DNA of 64,000 nt from a virus. The notes under the pieces are model-generated. The model had not been told where the DNA came from and did no database searches. It was given only the letters and a program-made list of their open reading frames with translations. Each line of letters starts with the position of its first letter. Within the stretch, counting starts at the first letter, position 1. Below, piece after piece: positions 43,093 to 51,996 of the stretch. Position numbers and translations under genes: made by a program. Where the stretch lies: the IMG/VR virus record IMGVR_UViG_3300027644_000003, positions 1 to 64,000 of that record; one strand, given 5' to 3'.

Positions 43093-46067
43093 TAGTTACT
43101 CCCTATCGCTGCAATGTCTTTGTCTGCGGCTATTGCCTTTTTAAACTTATCAAGCATTACAAGAACTTCATTATCTCCTGCTTTAGCAATGTTAACAGTC
43201 ATACTTACGTTAATAGAGCTAGCTGATCCCCCGCTACTGTTGTTTCTAATACGGTCTGCTTGACCCTTATTAAGAACCATTTCACCGTCGTGCAAATAAG
43301 CAAGTCCTTCTTTAGTTGAGTCAGCACCATAAAAGTGTCCTGGAATACCTGCTGCTTTAGAAGCTGCTTCAGCATCATCTAAGAACTGTGAGAAAGCGCC
43401 GTTACTATACGCAGACCAAGCTTTCCAATTTTTACCTTCGTTAGAAATATTCCACGCTGCTTTAACGTTAAAGGATGGATCAAACAAACGCTTGCCATCT
43501 CTCCACTGCCCGGACTCACCAAACTTTTTAGGGTCTTTAAGACTTCTAATTTGAAAGACACCCATACTTGGACCGTAGGTTTTGTTAGTAATTTTTTCAT
43601 CGCCAACAGCCTTACTACGACCACCGGATTCAGCTAACGCTACTGCAAAAGCTGTTTGAAGAGCCTTTCCTCTAAAACCTTGAGCATGAAGAGCCTTTAG
43701 CAATCCCTTACGAGAACCAAAAGCCATTCCGCCAGTGTCTCCAGAAGCAGAGGTCATTTGATTGTCGCCCATTAAACCATCTAATACAGACGAGCCTTGT
43801 CCTTTACTTTTAGCCCAGTCTACGGCGCCAGAATCAGAGACATCTCCGTATGAAAGTGGTCCGCCCTGTTGAATCATTGCTAAAAGTTGACCGCCCGCGT
43901 ACATAGTTCCTTTAGGAGTATCCCCTCCCAACACAAACTGTGACAAGTCACCAGCATCAGGAGCATTGCTTGCTTTGTCGTTTTTAAATAACCCAGAAAC
44001 GCTTGACTTAATTTTTCCAAAAATACTCTTAGGATCTACTGATTGCTTGCTTGTTTTATCTTTACGTACTTCAAAGTGAAGGTGGGGTCCGGTAGAAGAA
44101 CCTGAGCCTGGAGCGCCCTTCTTACCGCCAGAGTAAGCAATAAGACTTCCTTGGGTAACTTTTTGTCCAACCTTTACTACCGCACGACTTAAGTGTGCGT
44201 AGTAGGTATAAAAACCTTCATGCTTAATTACAATGTACAGACCAAAACTTCTTGAAGAATTTGGTTGAGTTGTTACTTGATCTACAACACCATCTGCTGC
44301 TGCAAGTACAGGGCTACCAACTGGCATGGCATAGTCAATGCCTCCGTGGTGATGTCTTTCCTTAGGATTATTTGGGTTGCTTCTCCAACCAAAAGCAGAA
44401 GAAATATGCTTTGAATTTGGAGCGGGGTTAATACCTACAGTTTGTGATCCCCCAGCACTTGCGGGACCAGAGCTTTCTCCTCCACCCTTACCTAAAAGTT
44501 GACCAATTGCGTTTGAACCGCCACCAACTAACGCACCAATTAAACCTGTTACTAATGCTCCAGGGCCGGTTCCAGCTCCCAGAAGGGCTCCAGCACCTCC
44601 ACCTACAGCAGCACTTGAAAACATTGACTTAAAATCAAATCCTTTTTTAGCTTTTGCAGTTTGATATCCGCCGTAAGCAGAAAGAGCAGCTCCTAAAATA
44701 GGCACTGGTTTTGCTAATGAAGCAAACTTACCAAATTTACTTGCAACTCCTGCAGCACCTGCTGCTGTTCCGGCTGCACCTGCAGCGCCTGCTGCACCAG
44801 CTGTTGCTGCCGTGCCTGCTGCGCCTGCTGCTCCTAGAGCGGGAGCAATAAGTTTTCCTCCGCCACCAAGTGCCATACGCATCATAAGCATGTTTGAAAG
44901 TGCACCTGCGGCACCAGACATAGTTGCTCCTGCGCCACCTGCTTGCGGAAGAGTCTGTAATATTCCTTTGAGAGATGCTAGGCCGTTTACTACGCCAGGC
45001 AAGGTTTCAGCTATAGCAGCAAAACCGTTATTAACTGCAGCGGCTGCTCCAAGGGCTCCTTGATATCCGCCAACTAATCCTTTTTCTGTTCCTTCTAAAA
45101 GACGATTCTGTGAGCTTTGGAAATTAAAGTTACTCTCTTGAACTCCACCTTTAACGCCCATAGTTCCAAGCATGCCTTTAGCACTGCCCATTTGCTTTGC
45201 AGTAAGTGGCTTGTTGTTTTTAAATCTAGCCATAAGTCCGCTGGCATATAAATTAAATAGGCTGGGGTCTCCGCCAGCAATAGTCATAATTGTCTGGTAC
45301 TCAACGCTGTTTGGGCTAAACATTACCTCAGGATTTTTAGGTGTCTTTCCTCGGTATATTTTTGAATACAGCTCGTTAATAATTTCGTTAGGGGGTCTTA
45401 GGTTTCCTTCGCGGTCACGCAGTCTAATTCCTAGGCGCAACATGTTCATTCCGTTTTGGCTAGCGTAAGATCCCGCTGCTTGTTCGTTGCTCATACCACT
45501 GACGGCACTCATGCCACCAAGCTGGCTCATAATTCTTTGTGTGCTTACTGATTGTGCACCGTAACCACCTTGAGACAATACCTGTCCCATAGCCATAGTT
45601 GGACCCATAGAGCTAGTTGCGTTTCCACGACCAACCATAGAGTTTGCGGAGCTAATTACTCCTCGAGCACCCATGCGGCCAGAACTGTACATGGCAACGC
45701 CTTCAGCGCTAAGTCTTTGTGTTACAGCTGTCATGGTGTTAGGCATAATGCCCATAGCACCTGCACCTATTGCTGCTACTCCTAAGCCAACCTTTGAAGC
45801 GGTTGACATTCCGCCGCCGCCTCTATCAGGCAGTTGAGCAAGGCTGGAGCCCATGGTGCTAGTAGGTTTTCCACTAGCCGACGCTTGAGCTTCAGCAGTT
45901 GCTTCAGCATGTTTTTTTATCTTTTCGTAACTTTTTTCTATATTAGTTACGGTTTTAAGCATGTTAAGCAGACCTTTATTACCGGTCTCAGTTAACTTTT
46001 CGACACTCTTTTGACCGGTGAAAGCTTCATCTCCACCGGTGCCTAAGTTTCCTCTTGCCTCTGCCAA
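43092..46067 (-). CDS. Tape measure protein with M23 peptidase and lytic transglycosylase domains
   Basis: Gly/Ala-rich N-terminal half; HGGIDY...YAHL...GPHLHFE (M23); AVALAESGG...GVFQI...WSAY (SLT-like); LHDGEMVL. Confidence 0.92.
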   Translation of the reverse strand: MAEARGNLGTGGDEAFTGQKSVEKLTETGNKGLLNMLKTVTNIEKSYEKIKKHAEATAEAQASASGKPTSTMGSSLAQLPDRGGGGMSTASKVGLGVAAIGAGAMGIMPNTMTAVTQRLSAEGVAMYSSGRMGARGVISSANSMVGRGNATSSMGPTMAMGQVLSQGGYGAQSVSTQRIMSQLGGMSAVSGMSNEQAAGSYASQNGMNMLRLGIRLRDREGNLRPPNEIINELYSKIYRGKTPKNPEVMFSPNSVEYQTIMTIAGGDPSLFNLYASGLMARFKNNKPLTAKQMGSAKGMLGTMGVKGGVQESNFNFQSSQNRLLEGTEKGLVGGYQGALGAAAAVNNGFAAIAETLPGVVNGLASLKGILQTLPQAGGAGATMSGAAGALSNMLMMRMALGGGGKLIAPALGAAGAAGTAATAGAAGAAGAAGTAAGAAGVASKFGKFASLAKPVPILGAALSAYGGYQTAKAKKGFDFKSMFSSAAVGGGAGALLGAGTGPGALVTGLIGALVGGGSNAIGQLLGKGGGESSGPASAGGSQTVGINPAPNSKHISSAFGWRSNPNNPKERHHHGGIDYAMPVGSPVLAAADGVVDQVTTQPNSSRSFGLYIVIKHEGFYTYYAHLSRAVVKVGQKVTQGSLIAYSGGKKGAPGSGSSTGPHLHFEVRKDKTSKQSVDPKSIFGKIKSSVSGLFKNDKASNAPDAGDLSQFVLGGDTPKGTMYAGGQLLAMIQQGGPLSYGDVSDSGAVDWAKSKGQGSSVLDGLMGDNQMTSASGDTGGMAFGSRKGLLKALHAQGFRGKALQTAFAVALAESGGRSKAVGDEKITNKTYGPSMGVFQIRSLKDPKKFGESGQWRDGKRLFDPSFNVKAAWNISNEGKNWKAWSAYSNGAFSQFLDDAEAASKAAGIPGHFYGADSTKEGLAYLHDGEMVLNKGQADRIRNNSSGGSASSINVSMTVNIAKAGDNEVLVMLDKFKKAIAADKDIAAIGSN

Positions 46068-46068
46068 G

Positions 46069-46227
46069 TTATCTCACCGCCTTAGGTCTTGTTATAGCTT
46101 TAGATAAAAATATTAATCGTTCTCGTACGGTAAGACTTCTTAAATCTTGTAACGACCAACCCGGGTAATACTGAGCTAGAAGATCATAAGAATCAATTAC
46201 GTCTTGGTATGTTATTTCATTGACGAA
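46069..46227 (-). CDS. Tail chaperone C-terminal extension (gpT/gp51-like), probably reached by a +1 frameshift
   Basis: FVNEITYQDVIDSYDLLAQYYPGWSLQDLRSLTVRERLIFLSKAITRPKAVR. There is no usable ATG/GTG/TTG start; the frame is entered at TTT-CGT. Confidence 0.75.
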   Translation of the reverse strand, partial: FVNEITYQDVIDSYDLLAQYYPGWSLQDLRSLTVRERLIFLSKAITRPKAVR

Positions 46228-47044
46228 ACAACTCTGCCAGTGTTAGTGGCAGGCTTACCTCCTGGCCGCAATTTTTGCAAGCCTTTTTAATTTCGCTTAG
46301 TTGTGGTCCAGGATTACGCTTTGCAATCTCTTCTAGCAGGGTCCTACGATCAGTAATTCCCAGATTTCTAATCCGACTAGCGTCTAGAACTGGCTGATCA
46401 CCAATCTCTACTACACAAGAAGTCAATAGCAAAGTATCAAGCTCTGCAGAGTTCTTATCGGTAGCATTAATGATCTTTGTTTGAACTTCCCCGCTAGGTA
46501 GGTTTACCTTTGCAAGGCCTGCTTTAAGCTCTACTGTAAATCTACGATCATTAATAGGATCATCTAGTTCTTTGGTCTCTACATCTTCATCTAGATCAAC
46601 TTTAAAGACTTGAAGTTCAGGGCATTTGTCGCATACAGTAGATAGCTCTACTTCTGATCCAAATGTTGCTTTTCTAATTGCTAGTAACAGAGCTTCTCTG
46701 TCTCCGGCAAGTAAAACTCCTAAGATAGCCTTAGTAATTGGTTGTCCCCCAACGGAGACTGTTCCTCGTTCTAAGATAGATAAAAGAGCTTTGCCTGGAT
46801 CAGAGATCTTTGCAATGGCTTCCTCATCGGCGCCAGTGAGTTCTCTAACTTCAGCGGTTCTGTGCACAGTTCCTTCAAACGGTTCAATAAAACCCGCCGG
46901 AAGCTTAACCTCTGCCTCAGGTAGTGATGGGATGTTAACTACTGGTATAGATCCCATCACTTCCTGATTGACAAGGTTGTTTACATCTTCTAACAGTTTG
47001 TTAGCCATAGCCGGACTTTCTGCGGCTTTAATAGTTGTAGACAT
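46217..47044 (-). CDS. Tail assembly chaperone / T4 gp26-like hub assembly protein
   Basis: VRELTGADEE...GDREALLLAIRKATFG...CDKC...CKNCG...LF; located between tube and tape measure genes. Confidence 0.8.
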   Translation of the reverse strand: MSTTIKAAESPAMANKLLEDVNNLVNQEVMGSIPVVNIPSLPEAEVKLPAGFIEPFEGTVHRTAEVRELTGADEEAIAKISDPGKALLSILERGTVSVGGQPITKAILGVLLAGDREALLLAIRKATFGSEVELSTVCDKCPELQVFKVDLDEDVETKELDDPINDRRFTVELKAGLAKVNLPSGEVQTKIINATDKNSAELDTLLLTSCVVEIGDQPVLDASRIRNLGITDRRTLLEEIAKRNPGPQLSEIKKACKNCGQEVSLPLTLAELFRQ

Positions 47045-47067
47045 GTTATATTCCTTTTCTTAGATTA

Positions 47068-47694
47068 TTAGAACTCTTTTGCTGATCCTGCAGTTGTCAA
47101 TGCTTGAGCGTACTTAGCATCCCAACCTTCGTGAACAAGAGTCATTTCTTCGACCATCAAGCTATTTCCACCAGCATCTAGGTTGCTGTATGAAAGGTTT
47201 GTAATCCAAGCATTGTATACCCGGAAACGAATAGCTACGTGAGGTGATGCTGAGTTTACTCCAGAAAGAGTTGCACTCTCACCAGGTAAGCCAGCAGGGT
47301 TTGGATGACTTAGAACTTGTAGTTCCAAATCGCAACGGAAATCCGCTCCAATACCCGCTTTAGCTCCTGAGCTAATTAGTGAGAATAGGCGCTTCATCCA
47401 ATCAAGTTGTGAAGAATCTCCCAACATTACGCCTTTGCTAAGGGTAATTGGACTAAACGAAGTTTGTCCGGGTAGCTGGTGAACAGTGGTGTTGTATCCA
47501 CCTTCACGGTATTGGATTGCTTCAGTAGAGACGGTTAGGCCTGATACTGAGGTAAATCCCATTTGAGCATTAAACGCAAACTTTGGGGTTGCGGTATCAG
47601 CTGTTGGTAAAAAGTTTACTAAGAACCGAAAGTTACGAACTGGATCGGTTGTTAAAGAACTTAGTACGTTAGTAAAAGCTAGTCTATCTGCCAT
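47068..47694 (-). CDS. Tail tube protein (T4 gp19-like)
   Basis: DPVRNFRFLV...GFTSVSGL...YREGG...PGQTSFSPITLSKG...YNAW...LDA...EEMTLVHEG. Confidence 0.95.
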   Translation of the reverse strand: MADRLAFTNVLSSLTTDPVRNFRFLVNFLPTADTATPKFAFNAQMGFTSVSGLTVSTEAIQYREGGYNTTVHQLPGQTSFSPITLSKGVMLGDSSQLDWMKRLFSLISSGAKAGIGADFRCDLELQVLSHPNPAGLPGESATLSGVNSASPHVAIRFRVYNAWITNLSYSNLDAGGNSLMVEEMTLVHEGWDAKYAQALTTAGSAKEF

Positions 47695-47713
47695 GATTTA
47701 TCCCTTGTCCTTA

Positions 47714-49240
47714 CTACGCCGAAGCGCTTCCGGTGATCTGCCCAATGCTGATCACTACGAATTCTGCAGGATATTCAACAGCCACACCAACTTCGATGTT
47801 TACTCGACCATTTAAAATATCTGTAGGTGTATTGTTTGTAGCGTCACATCTTACGTAGTACGCCTGCTCTGGAGATGCACCGCGTAGGCCACCCTGTGAC
47901 CAGTAATTACGAAGGAAGTTTCCAATCGCAGTACGAAGTTGATTCCAAAGAATTTCGCTGTTGTTCTCAAATACCGCAAAACTGCTACGGTCGGTGATTT
48001 CTTTCTTCAAGAAAATCATTGAACGACGTACGTTGATGTAGCGTTCTCCGGTTGAGTTGTTGAGTGTGCGACCACCCATGATTACAATACCGCCACCAGG
48101 AACGTTACGAATAGCGTTTACTGGCTTTGATGCTGCATTGAGGTTATCTAGTTCTGTATTTGTTAGGCTGCGCTCTAGAGCAACTGCGCTGTTAATTTTT
48201 GTACCAAAACCTGCTGGGGTCTTGAATACTCCACGTGAAGCGTCTGTTTCTAGATACTTACCTGCTGCAATTGCTGCTGGTCCAACTACGCGAGTAGCAC
48301 CTGGTGCTGACTTTAGTAGATCTGGGATTACTACCCATGGGAAGTAGATTGCTGCGTTTCCGCCATCTACCGCTCCGCAACCATCGATTGCGTAAGTAAT
48401 AGCTTCTGCTGATGTACTTCCTGCTGGTGGATCGATTAGCGCAAATACATCGCCACGAGCATCTGCATAAGCAGTAACATCGTTATCCAAAAGAACCTTA
48501 GCTGCACGAGCTCCAGTTTCACCGCCTGATGCAAAAGCATAAGATGCGTCTGCGTTAATCATAATCATTGGGTTAGTAATTGGATCAAATGTTGCTAGAG
48601 CAGTTTGGTAGCTAGCACGTGTAGGTGCTGATCCGTCTGCTCCTGAGGCAAATGTCTTGACTCCGGCAACTTCTGGCATGTTAGCTGGGGCTGCTGTACC
48701 TGAGGTTAGGTTAGTAAGTGTTACGTAATATGAAGCTGAGTTTACGTAAGCCACGCAATAGCGGCTGTTTGTTGTAGACATGCTTAGATCAGTAAACTGT
48801 TCTAGGATGCCATTTGCATCTGAAATAATCAGATTAAATGTAGTTGTAGAAGCGGCTGTAACTTCTGCTGTTAATGCGTTGCCCCAAGCACCAGCACTCT
48901 TTGCTGTTACTCGAAGTGTACTAAGTGGGGTACCTGCACGGTCACGAAGAGTTACTGATGCTGCTGTAGCACCTGAACCTACTACGCGCTTAATGTAAGC
49001 ACTACGTCCGCCATTTGCAAAAAACGAATAGATCGACCAGGTAGCTGGGTAGCTATCTGAAAGGCTTCCAAAAGTTTTTCCAAAGTCGTACCAGCTTTGA
49101 ATTAGAACTGGTTCTGCTGTAGGTCCTTGTGCAAATGCACCGAGGAACGCTCCACGAGCCTGTCCGTTATCTGCTAGCGCAACTAGTTGTGGCAGAGGTA
49201 CTTCATTGATGAAGACTCCTGGTCTGCTGTAACTTGCCAT
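47714..49240 (-). CDS. Contractile tail sheath protein
   Basis: YSRPGVFINE, FFANGG, GVFKTPAG, RYINVRR, FENN, PAEFVVI. Confidence 0.96.
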   Translation of the reverse strand: MASYSRPGVFINEVPLPQLVALADNGQARGAFLGAFAQGPTAEPVLIQSWYDFGKTFGSLSDSYPATWSIYSFFANGGRSAYIKRVVGSGATAASVTLRDRAGTPLSTLRVTAKSAGAWGNALTAEVTAASTTTFNLIISDANGILEQFTDLSMSTTNSRYCVAYVNSASYYVTLTNLTSGTAAPANMPEVAGVKTFASGADGSAPTRASYQTALATFDPITNPMIMINADASYAFASGGETGARAAKVLLDNDVTAYADARGDVFALIDPPAGSTSAEAITYAIDGCGAVDGGNAAIYFPWVVIPDLLKSAPGATRVVGPAAIAAGKYLETDASRGVFKTPAGFGTKINSAVALERSLTNTELDNLNAASKPVNAIRNVPGGGIVIMGGRTLNNSTGERYINVRRSMIFLKKEITDRSSFAVFENNSEILWNQLRTAIGNFLRNYWSQGGLRGASPEQAYYVRCDATNNTPTDILNGRVNIEVGVAVEYPAEFVVISIGQITGSASA

Positions 49241-49282
49241 TCTTTACTCCTTAGGGTTGATTTGTTTTCTCGGGGTGCCTAT

Positions 49283-49912
49283 TTATATGTTTATTGTTTC
49301 AAACGGGATGTCTTGGCTTGTGAGCGATATTAGAGGAGGTGTTTGTACTGGATACTTCTGAGAAATAGCGCTAGGCAAAATTTCAGCACTAATGCGTATG
49401 TTGTACACATTAGAGAAAAGTCGCTTACCGTTTTGATCAGTAGTATCTTTTTTTGACATTCCTAAAAATTCAACACGTCTAAGAGTGTTGTCTTCTGGAA
49501 CACTAAGGCGGCCAGATCGCATTGGTATGCGTTGACCAGACAGCATCGCTGCCATAATTGCACGATCATGTCTAGGCTGACGTGCATAAGTAGTAATCTG
49601 ATAATCAAGATTTACTGGAATAGGGAATTCTGTTGTGTACTGTTTTGATCCTGCACCGCTTGAAAGCGTTGTACCTTTATCTACACCTTCTGGGTAGTAA
49701 GGCATACTTATAATGCCGCGGTGAGCTCGTTCAAAGTCTTCAGAGTAACCAATGAAGTCAAGAGTGATGTATGGATACACTTGATCTCTAATTTCCATAT
49801 CAGGTTGTCCATACCAAACGCCTACGGGACGTTGAGCATTTGCACTGTCAGATACAACAATTCCTTGTAGAGCCGCTTTTAAGGCTTTATCTTCATTAAG
49901 AATAATAGGCAT
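49283..49912 (-). CDS. Tail completion / terminator protein
   Basis: YPYITL...PVNLDYQITTYAR; immediately upstream of the sheath gene. Confidence 0.7.
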   Translation of the reverse strand: MPIILNEDKALKAALQGIVVSDSANAQRPVGVWYGQPDMEIRDQVYPYITLDFIGYSEDFERAHRGIISMPYYPEGVDKGTTLSSGAGSKQYTTEFPIPVNLDYQITTYARQPRHDRAIMAAMLSGQRIPMRSGRLSVPEDNTLRRVEFLGMSKKDTTDQNGKRLFSNVYNIRISAEILPSAISQKYPVQTPPLISLTSQDIPFETINI

Positions 49913-50235
49913 TAGATCAACCCCTGCACTCTAAGGCTTTTTGACAAGCCTGTAGCAAAGCTATCTTGATCAATAAAGTTAGTTAGAAAGTTCCTAAGCA
50001 CAGCGGATGGAGGGGTATCTTGATCCCCATACTCTAGAAAATTGATTTTGGCTGAAAGATGTGGTGGGTAATAGACGACGTACTCACCGTCTTTGTGAAC
50101 AACAGACATCTGACTTACTACATCATCAGGCCACTTGTTTAGAAGGCACCAAGTTTTAAGGCGCTGTGTAGTGATACGAGAGTCTTCTATTTCTGCCGCA
50201 GAGACCGAGCTAGTTATAAGGTCTGATAGCTTCAC
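49912..50235 (-). CDS. Hypothetical neck/tail protein
   Basis: LEYG...PP..VLR motif; structural context. Confidence 0.6.
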   Translation of the reverse strand: MKLSDLITSSVSAAEIEDSRITTQRLKTWCLLNKWPDDVVSQMSVVHKDGEYVVYYPPHLSAKINFLEYGDQDTPPSAVLRNFLTNFIDQDSFATGLSKSLRVQGLI

Positions 50236-50393
50236 TTACGGCCCGCGATTACTTTAGCAGTTAGACTTCCTGCAATCCATCCGGCTACCATCGAGCCAGC
50301 ATGAAATTTGTCTAAGCCAAGTACACCGCGTACGAATTGCTCTCGGTCGGCATCGCTCTCTTCGCGTGCCAAACGGTCAAGTAAGTAAATCAT
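50232..50393 (-). CDS. 53-aa hypothetical protein
   Basis: Absent from the track: MIYLLDRLAREESDADREQFVRGVLGLDKFHAGSMVAGWIAGSLTAKVIAGRK. GGAGG RBS; GTGA overlap downstream. Confidence 0.75.
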   Translation of the reverse strand: MIYLLDRLAREESDADREQFVRGVLGLDKFHAGSMVAGWIAGSLTAKVIAGRK

Positions 50394-50470
50394 CAGAATC
50401 CTCCAAAAGAAGATGCGGGGTCAAGCTGCAGGGTTCCGGATTACTCCGGCGTCAAGAACAAGAGTAAATG

Positions 50471-50492
50471 AAAAAGCCCCCTTTCGGGGGCT
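50471..50492 (-). terminator. Intrinsic terminator
   Basis: AGCCCCC-GAAA-GGGGGCT followed by TTTT. Confidence 0.88.
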
Positions 50493-50517
50493 AATCATTT
50501 ATTTCTTTTTAAGAGTA

Positions 50518-50679
50518 TTACATACCCTTTTTGCGGACCATTGACTTCTTCTTAGTCATTGGGCGGGCATTTGGGTCTGCCTTCTTCTTGTTACGGAGCA
50601 TCTTAAAGTCTGCCCCATCGATCTTCTTAGGATTGCCAGCTGTAGCAGCTAGCTTCTTTTGCTTATCTGACATTGCCAT
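50518..50679 (-). CDS. 53-aa Lys-rich peptide
   Basis: MAMSDKQKKLAATAGNPKKIDGADFKMLRNKKKADPNARPMTKKKSMVRKKGM; AAGGA RBS. Confidence 0.8.
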   Translation of the reverse strand: MAMSDKQKKLAATAGNPKKIDGADFKMLRNKKKADPNARPMTKKKSMVRKKGM

Positions 50680-50688
50680 TAGGTTTCC

Positions 50689-50829
50689 TTAGTTAAAGTG
50701 TTCTGGGCGGGAAGGGGTTACTTCTTCAGGTACGTTGTCACAAAGACAGGCATACCTATTAATTTCCGGTATACGATTGGTGTTTTCGCACTTATCACAC
50801 GGTTCGTCTCTAAAAATAGTCTTGTGCAC
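50689..50829 (-). CDS. 46-aa peptide with CxxC and CxC
   Basis: MHKTIFRDEPCDKCENTNRIPEINRYACLCDNVPEEVTPSRPEHFN; TAGTG overlap, AAGGAG RBS. Confidence 0.65.
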   Translation of the reverse strand: MHKTIFRDEPCDKCENTNRIPEINRYACLCDNVPEEVTPSRPEHFN

Positions 50830-50948
50830 TATTTTTTCTCCTTTTTTTTCTTAGGGGCTTTTTTCTTATCAAACTTCTTATTTGCAGCGGTCAAAGTCTT
50901 CATGCCGTGCTTGTTCTTAGGCATGCCGCAGCCACAGGTAGCGCACAT
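50829..50948 (-). CDS. 39-aa Cys/Lys-rich peptide
   Basis: MCATCGCGMPKNKHGMKTLTAANKKFDKKKAPKKKKEKK; TAATG overlap. Confidence 0.8.
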   Translation of the reverse strand: MCATCGCGMPKNKHGMKTLTAANKKFDKKKAPKKKKEKK

Positions 50949-51067
50949 TACTTCTTTTTTGCCTTACATGATTTACAGGTACCACAAGTACAGGCCTTAG
51001 CCTTAGGCTTGCCCTTACCAAATCCTGGCTGACCTTTTTTCTTACCACATCCACATGCTGCGCACAT
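50948..51067 (-). CDS. 39-aa metallothionein-like Cys/Lys-rich peptide
   Basis: MCAACGCGKKKGQPGFGKGKPKAKACTCGTCKSCKAKKK; TAATG overlap. Confidence 0.8.
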   Translation of the reverse strand: MCAACGCGKKKGQPGFGKGKPKAKACTCGTCKSCKAKKK

Positions 51068-51198
51068 TATTTCTTACCTTTCTTAGGTTTAGCTACTTTG
51101 TCTTTTCCTTTACCTTCAGGTACACAGTTTGGCACCTTCTGGCCATTCTTGGTCTTCATACCTACTTGAACGTAACCTTTCCAACAAGGATCAGCCAT
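51067..51198 (-). CDS. 43-aa peptide with the CWxGY...VPNCV motif
   Basis: MADPCWKGYVQVGMKTKNGQKVPNCVPEGKGKDKVAKPKKGKK; TAATG overlap. Confidence 0.85.
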   Translation of the reverse strand: MADPCWKGYVQVGMKTKNGQKVPNCVPEGKGKDKVAKPKKGKK

Positions 51199-51407
51199 TA
51201 TTTTCCTCCTTCATGAGGGTTCTTTCGGTGCCAAGCACGGGTTGCTCGTTCCCCCGCTTTGATTGTCTTAGCACCTGCTTTTTTAGTAAGGTTAATCTTA
51301 TCGTACTTTCCAGCTTTGGCTTTAGCCTCATGGTCAACAATTACGTCTCCCTTTTTATTCTTCTTTACGGTGTGCTTGGCCCCACCGACTTTAATTGTTC
51401 TAGCCAT
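51198..51407 (-). CDS. 69-aa basic protein
   Basis: Lys-rich ORF with GGAGG RBS. Confidence 0.8.
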   Translation of the reverse strand: MARTIKVGGAKHTVKKNKKGDVIVDHEAKAKAGKYDKINLTKKAGAKTIKAGERATRAWHRKNPHEGGK

Positions 51408-51408
51408 C

Positions 51409-51987
51409 CTAGCCTCCGTTGTTAAATGGGTTGTAGTTTGAGTACTCTAAGAATTGAGGGTCGTTGACCAACTCTTCCGGATTTACCTGGTTTAAGTCCA
51501 TACTGATGAAAGTGAAGTCCTCTCCCATTAACCCTCTAGGGAGGAATTTAGCTGGGGACCAAACGGTGTTTCTAAATACTATGCGATCTCTTAAAAATCT
51601 ATCTGGGTCGCTGCTAAAGTAGTCATCATCAGTTGTGGTGCTACCAAAATATGAGTTTCTCTTTTTAGATACGTCTCCCCGAATAACATCTATGTTAAAG
51701 GTAAGGCGTAGCTGATCTACGGTGTAAAGACCTCTGTCATTGCGTTGCATAACGCCTTGCTCAAGCTTGGCAGAGATAACCGGAAGGGTAGATTCTTTCT
51801 TCCATCTACGACCTACAGTAGAGGAACCCACATCGTAAATAGGGTCCACTTGACTAGCCACGGAATCCCAAGCCCACCAGTCTACGGACATACCAACGGT
51901 ACGCACCATATCTTTGGTTACGCCTAATTTAATAGACTCTTTTTCAGAGGCTATAGTGAATCTGCCTTGTACTTGGTCTCCACGCAT
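51409..51987 (-). CDS. Putative head closure / neck protein
   Basis: VDWW...DPIYD.G...DRIVFRN...QVNPEELVND.QF; structural context. Confidence 0.55.
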   Translation of the reverse strand: MRGDQVQGRFTIASEKESIKLGVTKDMVRTVGMSVDWWAWDSVASQVDPIYDVGSSTVGRRWKKESTLPVISAKLEQGVMQRNDRGLYTVDQLRLTFNIDVIRGDVSKKRNSYFGSTTTDDDYFSSDPDRFLRDRIVFRNTVWSPAKFLPRGLMGEDFTFISMDLNQVNPEELVNDPQFLEYSNYNPFNNGG

Positions 51988-51996
51988 TCTTACATT

